64,000 nucleotides of DNA from assembly GCA_963796105.1 (NCBI GenBank), contig CAWCKJ010000003.1:192001-256000 (forward strand), in the 5' to 3' direction. The notes below the pieces were generated by a model. The model saw nothing but the letters and a program-made list of their open reading frames with translations, searched no databases and was not told where the DNA came from. The stretch is from a candidate division FCPU426 bacterium. GTDB lineage: Bacteria; Oederibacteriota; Muellerivitia; Muellerivitales; Muellerivitaceae. Of this stretch, positions 18,852-29,300 are shown piece by piece; positions within the stretch are counted from its first letter, which is position 1; each line of letters begins with the position of its first letter. Made by a program: the position numbers and the translations under genes.

Positions 18852-20003
18852 TTAGCCAATTCCCGGAATCCGAATTCTGTTTAAATTCCAGCGAAATCTA
18901 AAAGCTGAATGTTCATTTATCACAAGGTAAAAGAGGAGAAAACCCGTCAGGACTATAAACCCATTAGCCCACCAAAGCCCAAAATAGGGGCTGACAGTTC
19001 CTCTTTGGCTTAAGGCTTCACCTAAAAAAAACATGAGATAATAAAGGAAAATCATGACAATTCCCAAAACGAAAGCGATAAAGCCCTTTGAACGAACCCA
19101 GAGCCCGAGAGGTGCGCAAAGCCAAGTGAGCGCCAGGCAGGCGAAGGGAAGCGACCATCTTTTTTGCAATTCAACTTGGACATAATTCCTCCGGGTCGCG
19201 TCGGTGGTACTGGCGATTTCCTGCACAAGCTCTTGAAAATTCATTTCCTCAAAGTCTTTTTTCACGTCAGCGATCCGGGCCAATTGATTTTCCAGCTTGA
19301 GCCGGATGACATATTCGTCGAAATAAAGGCGGTTATACGTGTTGTAATTGGTGTTATTCCACATCATAACCCCATTATGAAGCTGGAAAAAGAGCTGATA
19401 GTTTTTAGCATCGTTGACCAAGTTTCCAGTCTTAGCAATGGTAGTTTGAAGGGGATCCTTGGGGGTGAATCGGTTGAACATTTTCACGTTGGAAAAATTT
19501 CCGTCCGGGTCCTGCTGATCTATGAAAAATTGATAACCCTCGAAAAGATCGATGAAAACCCTTTCCCGGATCGCCACGTTGGCCCGGTTTTGTATGATTT
19601 TAAAGTGGATTTTCTTGAATGTGGTATTGGCCGCCGGAAGGATTTTATCATTGAAAAAGATCATCACTCCGGTCATGAGCAGGCCGAAAAGAAGAACAGG
19701 GCCGATCAAGCGGAATAAATGCACGCCGCTGCTTTTGAACGCCGTGACTTCCATGTCGGAACTCATACGGCCGAAATTCAAGAGAACGGCCATCATTAAT
19801 GACATCGGGACGGTCAAGGAAAGAACAAAGGGAATCAAACTAACGTAAAGAAGAAGAATATCGCCGAGAGGGACTTTTTTATTCACGAACAAGTCCAAAA
19901 GTAAAAAAACCTTATTCGTCATGAAAATGAAGGTCAGGATGAAAACGCTTAAGGCAAATGGGGGTAATGTTTCCTTTAAAACATAGCGGTAAACCGTTTT
20001 CAA
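18852..20003 (-). CDS. lptF: LPS export ABC transporter permease LptF
   Basis: YRYVLKETL, FGRMSSDMEVTAFKSSGV, ELQKRWSLPFAC. Confidence 0.88.
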   Translation of the reverse strand: MKTVYRYVLKETLPPFALSVFILTFIFMTNKVFLLLDLFVNKKVPLGDILLLYVSLIPFVLSLTVPMSLMMAVLLNFGRMSSDMEVTAFKSSGVHLFRLIGPVLLFGLLMTGVMIFFNDKILPAANTTFKKIHFKIIQNRANVAIRERVFIDLFEGYQFFIDQQDPDGNFSNVKMFNRFTPKDPLQTTIAKTGNLVNDAKNYQLFFQLHNGVMMWNNTNYNTYNRLYFDEYVIRLKLENQLARIADVKKDFEEMNFQELVQEIASTTDATRRNYVQVELQKRWSLPFACLALTWLCAPLGLWVRSKGFIAFVLGIVMIFLYYLMFFLGEALSQRGTVSPYFGLWWANGFIVLTGFLLFYLVINEHSAFRFRWNLNRIRIPGIG

Positions 20004-20288
20004 TTCTGAACCTTTAATTTTTTTAAAGTATAACCAGGTTTTCTGGTTTTGTAACCCGTTGGATAGGGCTCGGGAGTCAAAATAAAACTATACCTATTCT
20101 TTTTTTTACCTGTCTAGAGAAATAACCTCATCCAGGGGAAAGATTTGTACCGCAATATTCATAGTTAGAGATCATTTTTTAATCAATGTTTCTCCCATTG
20201 GGCTCTGGTAAACGACAGTTGAGTCTTTGGAAACGGCTCTTTAGACTTTGAATTAATGGCTTGAAATTGAAGAAGTTAAAATAGTTTT

Positions 20289-23200
20289 ATGGGGAATTTC
20301 CTGAATATTTTGGTAACGATTCTAAGCGAGATGGGTAAAACAATGTCCTTTTTCACTGAATCTCGCCATGTTTCCCTGACACCAGGGAATAAAATCATTG
20401 GTTTTGACCGAAAGGGAAAGCGAAAATATTTCAAAACAATAAACATTGAATATTTAGTCCCAATGTCACTTTTAATGGGTATTTCAATAATGCTTTTCAA
20501 CCCCAAGCCGGGTTGGAGCCAAGCGGCCACCAACCCGGTCCCGACCGTTTCAACGACTTCAAATGGAACTCCGGCGTCTTCGGCTTTAGCCCCGCTGACC
20601 CCTGATCAGGAAATTCAAATATTAGAAGCGATCGACGCGCAGTCAAACAGCACATCAGCTATTTCGGCCAGTTCCGAAAATCCATTACCCGCCGTTTCGT
20701 CCACTAAACCGCAACAGGCGCAACCCATCGGGGCTAAAACCCCTGAAATGAACGGGAATACCACCACACCCACCGCCGTGGTGACTGGGCCTCCCCCCAT
20801 TCCCACGGGATTAAATGACCTCATCCTGAAAGAAGGGGTCTATCTTTCCTGGAACTCGGCTCCGCCCGGGTCTCCCATCGTAGGTTACAACGTTTATAGG
20901 TCGAACCAGCCTGGGACCGGCTACCAGATGGTCAACTTGAAACCCCTCAACGTGGCATTTTTCCTTGATGGCCCTCCCAATAGCCTGAACCCTCCTAAAA
21001 ATGGCGAAACCTATTTTTACGTGGTCGCATCCATTGATGCCCAGGGAAACGTGAGCCCCTATTCGGAGGAAATATCGGCACAGCCCCAGGGAATGCAATA
21101 CGCGGCCGCCACGGAGGAAGCCACCCCGGTTCCAACACATCAAAAAGAAGAAGAAAAAACATTAAACATCCCTGAAAGCAAGCTTATCAACCTTCAATTG
21201 CCGGCGGACACACAGCTCTCCATCCAGGGCTATAAGAAAATAGAGGTCCAGCTTGGTTTTCAAACCTTTAACCGTCCCCAGACTATCAATGGACTTAGCA
21301 ACTCCCAAAACACACAGCTAGTCAACCAGGAGTTGGTGGTCAATCTTGATGGCAAGGTCGGGAAAAATGTGGATATACACGTGGACTACAGCGACGTCAA
21401 CCGCGCGGGAGGCGTGGATCAGAGCAAACAGGAAATCTCCATCGCCTACCATGGTGACGAAAATAGCCCGGTGCAAGAAGTTGATTTCGGTGATCTTCAG
21501 CTTCTGCTTCCCAACACTGAATTCGCTGGATTCAGCAAACAGCTTTTCGGCCTTCAGGCCAAGCTGAAGTTTGATAATTTCAAAATGACGACTTTTTTCG
21601 CCCAAACGAAGGGAATTTCCGAGACGAAGGTGTTTACCGGAAATTCTTCACAAGTCGATAAAACATATAACGATATCGATTACATAAGACAAAAATATTA
21701 TCTTCTGACTAAAAAACCTTATCCCAACGGCTCTACCACCATCAACGTTGCCGATTTACCAAAGCCAAATTCCGAACAAATTTGGGTTAATCCTAGCAAT
21801 GGTTCCACTGCATTTCCATCCGGCCCCAATTACATCGGCTATTTTCAACATTGGCTCCCGGGAAGGGACTATACGGTGGACTATACAACCGGAGTTATTA
21901 CATTTATCACGGGGCTGTCTAGTACAGCGCAGATTGCAATAGGTTATAACGATCAAACCGGTCAAAAATATGGATTAAACGATATCAACAATATCGCTAA
22001 TATCTTATCTCAACCGTCTTCCTTATTGATGAACCCCAATGGTCTCATTGACGATACCCATGTTCTAATAAAAAACAATGACAATACCAGCAGTCCCTTT
22101 TACATGGTGGATTATTATGATTTGGGCCACGACAAGATTATTCCGCCAAACCAAGACCCAAATTTCTTGTTGGAGATCATTGACCAAGGGACCAACAACG
22201 TCCTTCAAGAAATGTCAAATGGGCCTATCAGTTATTATGTCAATCAGGATTTAAATCTCTTATCTGTCTATAACGCTAACAACGATTCAGTCTCCTATAC
22301 AACAACATCGAATGGCACGGCAGTTACAGTCCAGGGAAATTTCGAGGAAAGGGCTTTTGTTGATTCATCCGATCCGGCCCTGGGAACCAGTATCAATGGG
22401 ATTTATAATGAAAACACGGTTCCTACCAGCTTAAAGCGTATTCATATTCGTTATAAAACCCAATTAAACTTTTATTCATTGAACCGGTTTAACATTATCA
22501 AGGGAAGCGAGGCGGTATATCTGGATGGCAGGCGATTGCGCCGGGATGTGGATTACACCATTGATTACACCTCGGGTTTTTTGGACTTTGTCGATAAAAG
22601 CATTTTACGGACTGACAGCCAGGTGGTGGTGACCTATGAGTACTCACCTTTTGGATCTTTCGCGCAGGAAAACATCTTGGGGGCAAGGGCTGAATACGAT
22701 CTCACGGACCATTTTTTTGTGGGATCAACATTTCTTTACAGCTCCACGCAAACTCCAATCGACCAGCCCCAGATTGGTTCAACTCCCAACTCTCTCACGC
22801 TCCTAGACGCTGACGCAAAATATGATTTAGGGTCGGAGGACGTTCAATCTCTAACTGGTCTAATTCCGGGTTTGGCTGATTGGAAACCCCCTGTCGCCGT
22901 GAAACTTTCCGGGGAAGTGGCTGAAAGCTTTTTCGACCCCAATAGCTACAATGCCGAAGGAGAAACGGGTGTGGCCATGCTTGACAGCATGGAGGGAATC
23001 GACAACGTGATCGGCCCGAACTTGAACGCCACCAATTGGATCGCTTCTTCTCCCCCTCTAGCAGTTCCGGCCTATTTGCCCATTACCGTTTGCGATGGAA
23101 GTTGTACTGTTTCTACTAATAACCGGATTCGTTTTATGAACCAAGACGATACCCAGTACTTACAAACTCTTCCCGCAACCGTTACAGGCATTAATGGGGC

Positions 23201-26200
23201 TGGTGGACATCTTTATCAACAGACGGGAAACGCGACCGATGAGGTATCGGTTTTAATGATTCCTTACGCGAACCTTAATAACCAAAAATGGGGTGGGATT
23301 CGGCAAATTCTCTCGACCTCAGGTGAAGACCTTTCTACTACCACCTTCCTTCAAGCCTGGATCTACAACGATAATCCCGCCAATGACAAATGGGTTATGG
23401 TTGATTTTGGGATAATGGATGAAGCTGTGGCTGGCCTGAGTTCGGGAGCTACAATTGAAAATGAATGGGTCTCCAACGGTGGAACGCCGGTTTGGGACGA
23501 TTATGGGATTCCAGCTTATTATTCAAATATTGTGGGAGCCCTAGGAGTCACATTACCGGCTATAGGAGGCCCGAATAGCTCTTCGAATTATATATCCAAT
23601 GAGAACAACACCTCCACTCAAGAGGGCGCTAGAAATCTGATAAATGATACTGAAGACGTCAATGCAAACGGCAATTTGGATGGAAATGACCAATATTTTG
23701 AGTATGGTATCCGCGCCAATTGGAGCGGCTGGAAATTGGTTAAAATTCCAGTGAATTTTTCCGCGGTGCCTGGCCAGAATACAACCGACGAGGGTGTCGA
23801 TTATTTTTACAACGTTGTTGGGGCAGCCAGTTCCGCTTTGATCCGGGAAATCAGGCTATGGGTGACGGGGGCAAGTCCCGCACCCATTTCGGGCTATTTC
23901 CTTGTGGATAGTATCGGTTTTACCCACAACTTATGGCAGGATCAGGTGGATCCCAATGCCAACTTGACCCAAGGCGTGACCGTCAACACTTCCAAATTTG
24001 ACGCAACTTCCATCAGCCAAATCCAGGATTCAGCTTACCAACCGACTCAGAGGTTTATAGTCCTACAGGAAGGCCAAAACCAGAATACGGTGCTGGAGAA
24101 CGAAAAATCCCTCCGGATCACCTATAACCTCTCAACGGCGGATATGTACGTCACCAACATTCCTGGACCTGTATCAGAAGTTTCAGAACCCGATTATTAT
24201 TGCACTCGTTCCTTTGGACAAGGTCTTGATCTGACCGACTACCAGAACCTGGCCTTTGACCTGAATGTGAGGACGGCGGTTGATCCGGGGGAAATTCTTT
24301 TTATCCGTTTGGCCAATGATCAACTTGATTATTACCAATACAACGTGCCCCTTGTTTCGGGAGGGGGATGGCAAACCATTTCCCTACTGATTGACGGTTC
24401 ACAAGGCAACCGCCAGACAGTGGGGACTCCATTTATTAACCGAACAGCCCAGATCTCAATCGGCATTATCTCGCCCAACCCTGTCCCGGGGGGTACCAAG
24501 GAACTTTGGATCGATAATTTACGGACGAACAATCCTAACCAAAGATCTGGCCTGGCCAGGAGAGCCAACGCCGCTGTGATCCTTGGCAATAATTTCGCGA
24601 CTTTGAACGGGCGTTATCGGGAAGTGGATTCCGGCTTTACCGAGATGGATCAAACCTCCACTCATTTCCAACATTCAAAGCAATTGGGGGCGGATTATTC
24701 CTCCAGCGGGATCAAGCTTTTCGGACAGCCCCTGGCAACCCAGGCTTCCTACACCGTCCAAGATCTTACAACCGAGCAGGATTTGCTTCAAAACCCCTAT
24801 TACAGTCCCTTGCCCAATACCCACACGGAAAATGCGACTGGGAGCATTAGCTACACCAAGGATCTTGGCACTTCCTACGGAAAAATAACAAACTTAAGAC
24901 TTTCAGGCAGTTCCAACTACGAAGATGACGAGTATCAACCAGCTTACTTGACCCAACCCGGAATACAGGGCGACACGACCAAAACCGATCAAACATATAC
25001 ATTGGCTTCCACCTATGACGCGCCGCTTAAGTTATTCAATCTTCCAATTGGTACCAATCAATTGAACGGCACTTATACGCTTACCCATGACACCCAGGAT
25101 TTCGGATTTAACACTTTCGCGCCTTATGACCGCACTACAAAAACCCAAACTTACGGATGGATCAACACAACTGAAATCCTCAAGAATCTCGTGTTTACTC
25201 CCGGTTATACATTTTCCGAAACTGACGCGAAAGGTAACACTAATTCACCAGGTATCGCGGGTGGAGTGGGTGATTACACGACATTCCAGGATAGGTACCA
25301 ACCGAAGGGTGGGCTTGTTTTCCGTGGGATTCCAGGCATGATTCCCTCGATCGATTATTCCGGGAGCAACCAATACGACTATGAATCCTTTCCTGATGGC
25401 CCACGTTTCAACAACGCGAACAATTTCAATAGTTCCCTGAACCTGACTCCTGGTTCCTGGCTGACGTTGTTTCAAAAAGCGAATCTCACGGTCTTTGCCG
25501 GATTGACGGAAAGCGCCACTTCCTCAGTGCCGGATTTCACCCTCATTCCACCGCTCACCTTCAGCCAAAAATGGCTCATTAATCCGCCTTTTGGAGTCGC
25601 CCTGAACGCCACAGAGTCAACCTCCAAACAGTTGAACATGAGCTTTAAAATTTTCGATTTTTGGGACGTTAAACCAACCGGTTCCTGGACGAATCAACTG
25701 AGCCTTTTATCCAAGGGATCCAATGCAGTTTCGCAGGAGGGAAGAACGATGGGGGGAACCACCGTTTATAATCATCCGATCCTTTCGTTACCCCTGATCA
25801 AATTCAACCTTACTTCCGCGCAATTCCAGTTCACTCACACCGACAATACTCAATACGACAGCAGTGGTTCCGGGATACCCGCCAACCAAACTTATAGCGA
25901 TCTCTATTCTGTTACGCTGCCTTACGAAATTAACAAAAAAGCCCAAGGCAACTTTCATTACCAACTCACAAAGGGTTTTCAAAATGTCAGCGATTTAATA
26001 ACCAATCAGTACGACTCCCTGTTTTCGCTGGAATATGACCAGAAATTTCTGGAGAATCAATATCTCCACATACCCTTTACCAATTGGAAGATCAAATTTA
26101 CCCAGGCCTTGGAATTTCGAGCAACTTTCACCCGCGAATGGGTCGATAACGAGTCTTTATATGTCACGAATGTACTCAAAACCGAGCGCTATCGGGGACA

Positions 26201-26342
26201 GATCGATCTTAATTACAATGCTTTGAAGAATTTGCGTGTCGGTCTTACCTTGGCTTATGAAAATTTTAACAATATCGAGCCAAACCCCAATCTGGGCTAC
26301 AATTTAATCCAAGTAAATCTTTCAGCCGAGGCGAGATTTTGA
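20289..26342 (+). CDS. sprA: SprA/Sov-like type IX secretion outer-membrane translocon with an N-terminal Fn3 domain (true start may be ATG 20343 or 20463)
   Basis: NQELVVNLDGKVGKNVDIHVDY, ISIAYHG..VQEVDFGDLQL, LFGLQAKLKF, SEAVYLDGRRLRRDVDYTIDYTSG, TEDVNANGNLD; amphipathic beta-strand C-terminal half ending in F. Confidence 0.78.
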   Translation: MGNFLNILVTILSEMGKTMSFFTESRHVSLTPGNKIIGFDRKGKRKYFKTINIEYLVPMSLLMGISIMLFNPKPGWSQAATNPVPTVSTTSNGTPASSALAPLTPDQEIQILEAIDAQSNSTSAISASSENPLPAVSSTKPQQAQPIGAKTPEMNGNTTTPTAVVTGPPPIPTGLNDLILKEGVYLSWNSAPPGSPIVGYNVYRSNQPGTGYQMVNLKPLNVAFFLDGPPNSLNPPKNGETYFYVVASIDAQGNVSPYSEEISAQPQGMQYAAATEEATPVPTHQKEEEKTLNIPESKLINLQLPADTQLSIQGYKKIEVQLGFQTFNRPQTINGLSNSQNTQLVNQELVVNLDGKVGKNVDIHVDYSDVNRAGGVDQSKQEISIAYHGDENSPVQEVDFGDLQLLLPNTEFAGFSKQLFGLQAKLKFDNFKMTTFFAQTKGISETKVFTGNSSQVDKTYNDIDYIRQKYYLLTKKPYPNGSTTINVADLPKPNSEQIWVNPSNGSTAFPSGPNYIGYFQHWLPGRDYTVDYTTGVITFITGLSSTAQIAIGYNDQTGQKYGLNDINNIANILSQPSSLLMNPNGLIDDTHVLIKNNDNTSSPFYMVDYYDLGHDKIIPPNQDPNFLLEIIDQGTNNVLQEMSNGPISYYVNQDLNLLSVYNANNDSVSYTTTSNGTAVTVQGNFEERAFVDSSDPALGTSINGIYNENTVPTSLKRIHIRYKTQLNFYSLNRFNIIKGSEAVYLDGRRLRRDVDYTIDYTSGFLDFVDKSILRTDSQVVVTYEYSPFGSFAQENILGARAEYDLTDHFFVGSTFLYSSTQTPIDQPQIGSTPNSLTLLDADAKYDLGSEDVQSLTGLIPGLADWKPPVAVKLSGEVAESFFDPNSYNAEGETGVAMLDSMEGIDNVIGPNLNATNWIASSPPLAVPAYLPITVCDGSCTVSTNNRIRFMNQDDTQYLQTLPATVTGINGAGGHLYQQTGNATDEVSVLMIPYANLNNQKWGGIRQILSTSGEDLSTTTFLQAWIYNDNPANDKWVMVDFGIMDEAVAGLSSGATIENEWVSNGGTPVWDDYGIPAYYSNIVGALGVTLPAIGGPNSSSNYISNENNTSTQEGARNLINDTEDVNANGNLDGNDQYFEYGIRANWSGWKLVKIPVNFSAVPGQNTTDEGVDYFYNVVGAASSALIREIRLWVTGASPAPISGYFLVDSIGFTHNLWQDQVDPNANLTQGVTVNTSKFDATSISQIQDSAYQPTQRFIVLQEGQNQNTVLENEKSLRITYNLSTADMYVTNIPGPVSEVSEPDYYCTRSFGQGLDLTDYQNLAFDLNVRTAVDPGEILFIRLANDQLDYYQYNVPLVSGGGWQTISLLIDGSQGNRQTVGTPFINRTAQISIGIISPNPVPGGTKELWIDNLRTNNPNQRSGLARRANAAVILGNNFATLNGRYREVDSGFTEMDQTSTHFQHSKQLGADYSSSGIKLFGQPLATQASYTVQDLTTEQDLLQNPYYSPLPNTHTENATGSISYTKDLGTSYGKITNLRLSGSSNYEDDEYQPAYLTQPGIQGDTTKTDQTYTLASTYDAPLKLFNLPIGTNQLNGTYTLTHDTQDFGFNTFAPYDRTTKTQTYGWINTTEILKNLVFTPGYTFSETDAKGNTNSPGIAGGVGDYTTFQDRYQPKGGLVFRGIPGMIPSIDYSGSNQYDYESFPDGPRFNNANNFNSSLNLTPGSWLTLFQKANLTVFAGLTESATSSVPDFTLIPPLTFSQKWLINPPFGVALNATESTSKQLNMSFKIFDFWDVKPTGSWTNQLSLLSKGSNAVSQEGRTMGGTTVYNHPILSLPLIKFNLTSAQFQFTHTDNTQYDSSGSGIPANQTYSDLYSVTLPYEINKKAQGNFHYQLTKGFQNVSDLITNQYDSLFSLEYDQKFLENQYLHIPFTNWKIKFTQALEFRATFTREWVDNESLYVTNVLKTERYRGQIDLNYNALKNLRVGLTLAYENFNNIEPNPNLGYNLIQVNLSAEARF

Positions 26343-26355
26343 AAATGGATATTTT

Positions 26356-29300
26356 ATGAAAACGCTGATAAATCCAAAACTCGGAATTTTCTTTTGCGCA
26401 ATGAACTTTTATTATTATTTGTGTGCCGCCTTTTTTATTTTGGGTTCCTTACGCGGAAGTTTATACGCGCAACTTCCACCTCCTGGGGGTTTAACAGGTA
26501 ATGTGGCTAATGGGGCCGTTACATTGCAATGGTTACCCATTCCGAGTGCATCACCTACTGCCTATTTTATTTACCGGTCATTGGTTGAAAATACAGCTAC
26601 TATGACTGACACTCCGCCTTCTACCCCAAGTTCCCCGGAGTCGCCCATTGATACCTTTACCATCACCCCGACCCCGTCACCAATTACTTCTGTATTGGCG
26701 GGAACGTCAAGTTACATCGATTATCAAGTTACAAATGGACGCACTTATCTTTATCAAGTAAATGCGATAGATATCTCCGGGTTAGGTTTTCCCGCTTCGG
26801 TTTTAGTAATACCTTACGGTCCTGCGGAAGCAATCACGCAATTAACCATTCAAAATAACCAACATTCCGGCGCGTTGGATTTGTACTGGGGTATTCCTTC
26901 GTCGACATATCCTGTTTCCATTTACCAAATATTTAGATATGACGTAACGACTACACCGATATTCACTCCCACTCTCACGAACACACCGTCAAATACCCCC
27001 ATGGCCATTATGCCGCCCCCTCAGCTCACCCCATGGAATACCCCCACAAATTCTTACACCCCAACGAAAACGTCTACATTTACAGTCACTGACACCCCAA
27101 CATATACTCCGACTGGGACTAGGTCGCCGACCAGCACCCCCACCAATCTTTTTCCCGCTTCCGCCGTTTTGACTTTAAATCCCAATCCGATCGCAATTAC
27201 TTCCGACAATACTTATTCCGATATACCGGTTCCATCTTCGGAAAATTATTTTTATGTGGTTCAGGCGGTGGACTCCCAGGGAAATCCCGGCCTTTTGCCA
27301 ACCTATGCGGCTGGCCCTGCAGGCGTCAAATACAACCTACCACCAGACCCTCCCGTTTTAATGGGATTTGTTCCGGTTACCCCGACTCCAACTTATGGGG
27401 TACAACTTTATTGGAACGGGCCATTGGCTTCCGAAGGAGTGACTGTTTATACTTTAATTTCAAACGAAACACCAATCGCCACATTTACAACACCCTCGCC
27501 AACCATGGGCTATCTTGATTTTAAGATTACCGAATCAAACAATTCAGGCAATCCTACGACCTATCAAGTTGTGGCATCCAGCGCAGTTACTTCAAGCAAT
27601 TCTAATCCCATACAATTAAGTATTAGTAAATCTTCTTTATCCGGCCAACCAACGGTTATTCCAGTCGTCACAGCAAATGCCGTCAGTTTATCCTGGTCTG
27701 ACGGCGTAACAGGCACCTATGGTTTAGCTGGTTATTGGATATTCAAGGCTTTAAATGGATATCCGGGTACGACTGGGTTATCGCCCACTCCGACACCCAT
27801 CGCAACTGTTCTTGAAACTGCTACTCCGAACCTGGTTTATTCTTGGGTGGACGCACCGACACCCGTTAATCATATGGGTTATTGGGTACAACCTTTTGAT
27901 AATGCTCTCACGGGCGGAATTATTGGTACCCCGACTATCCTCAATTTGGCACCCACCCCTGTTTCAACTGTAAGCGCTGTAAACGTCGTGGGAGGGAATA
28001 ATCAAGTGAATGTGAGTTGGTCCGGAAATGCCGGTCCTGGTTTTTTTGGAACGCCTGCAAATTACGTAATATACAGATTCTATTCAACTCCTACTCAAAC
28101 CCCAACTCTCACGAGTATCGCTACGGTGGGATATACACAAAATAACTTTAACGACTTCATTCTTGTTGTTACCGCTAATCCACAAGTGGAATACCAAGTG
28201 GGTGTAGTAGATGCCTTTGGAAACACTTCGGATTTGACGGCAATCTCGAACCCTGTGACTACTTCCAATCTTGGCCTGCCATTACAACCAACCGTTTTGC
28301 CCTTGGCCGGGGCCACCAATTCTTTACTTTACTCCTGGATTCAAAACCCTCAGTCGGACCAGGTTGATAGTTATTATTTGTTTGGGCAGGATTGGCCCAC
28401 TCTGACTGCTACTACTACCCCTACCCCAGTGGTAAATTTAGTCCCATCCCCAACTATGTCCTATTCAAACCCCGGGAGTTCCTGGAGTTCATCGATTTTT
28501 TATCTTTTAGCTCATAATTCCGTGGGTTACAGCAAACCAGCGACCTTGTCCGGCATTCCAGTGCCTCCTTACCAAGTAACTGCGATACCCACTTCTAGCC
28601 AGCAAGTACTGGTTACATGGAACTTAATACCTACACCAAACGCCAAAACAGCTGTGGATGGATTTAATATTTACCGTTCCAACATTTCAGGCGCTGAATT
28701 TGTTTCGATAGGGAATGCCTCTCCTGCTCAAACCAATTTCATTGACCCAAATGCCCAACCTGGAAAAAATTATTTTTACCGGGTCACCGCAAAGGGCCAT
28801 GATGTGATTGGGGATGAATTATCCGAAAGCCCGCTTTATCCCACACCAGTCGCGGAAGCGGGTTTTTACAGCTGGCCCAGCACGCCGATGGGTTTGAGCG
28901 CCCAAGGGGGGATCAACCAGACAACCCTTTACTGGTCATACAATCCCACGGACGAATTCGTGACGGATTATTTAATATATAAGAACGGTAACCTGACGCC
29001 TGTTTTAACGGTCATGGCAACTTTATCACCCACCAACACCCTTGCGCCAGCCTCTCCGTCCCCCACTGCCACGATTACCCCGACACCTAATTTAACCCCG
29101 CTCCAGACGCAAACCGCGACCATTACTCCAAGCCCGACTCCAACCGGATATTACGTCACCCTACCAGACAATGCGGCCCAGGAATCTTCTTATCAAATAG
29201 TCGCTCAAAATATTCAGGGATTCAGCACTCCGTCAAACACAGTCTCTATTTTATGCGATCCAATCATCAATCCAACCGCGGGGTTAACCCCTCCGCAAGG

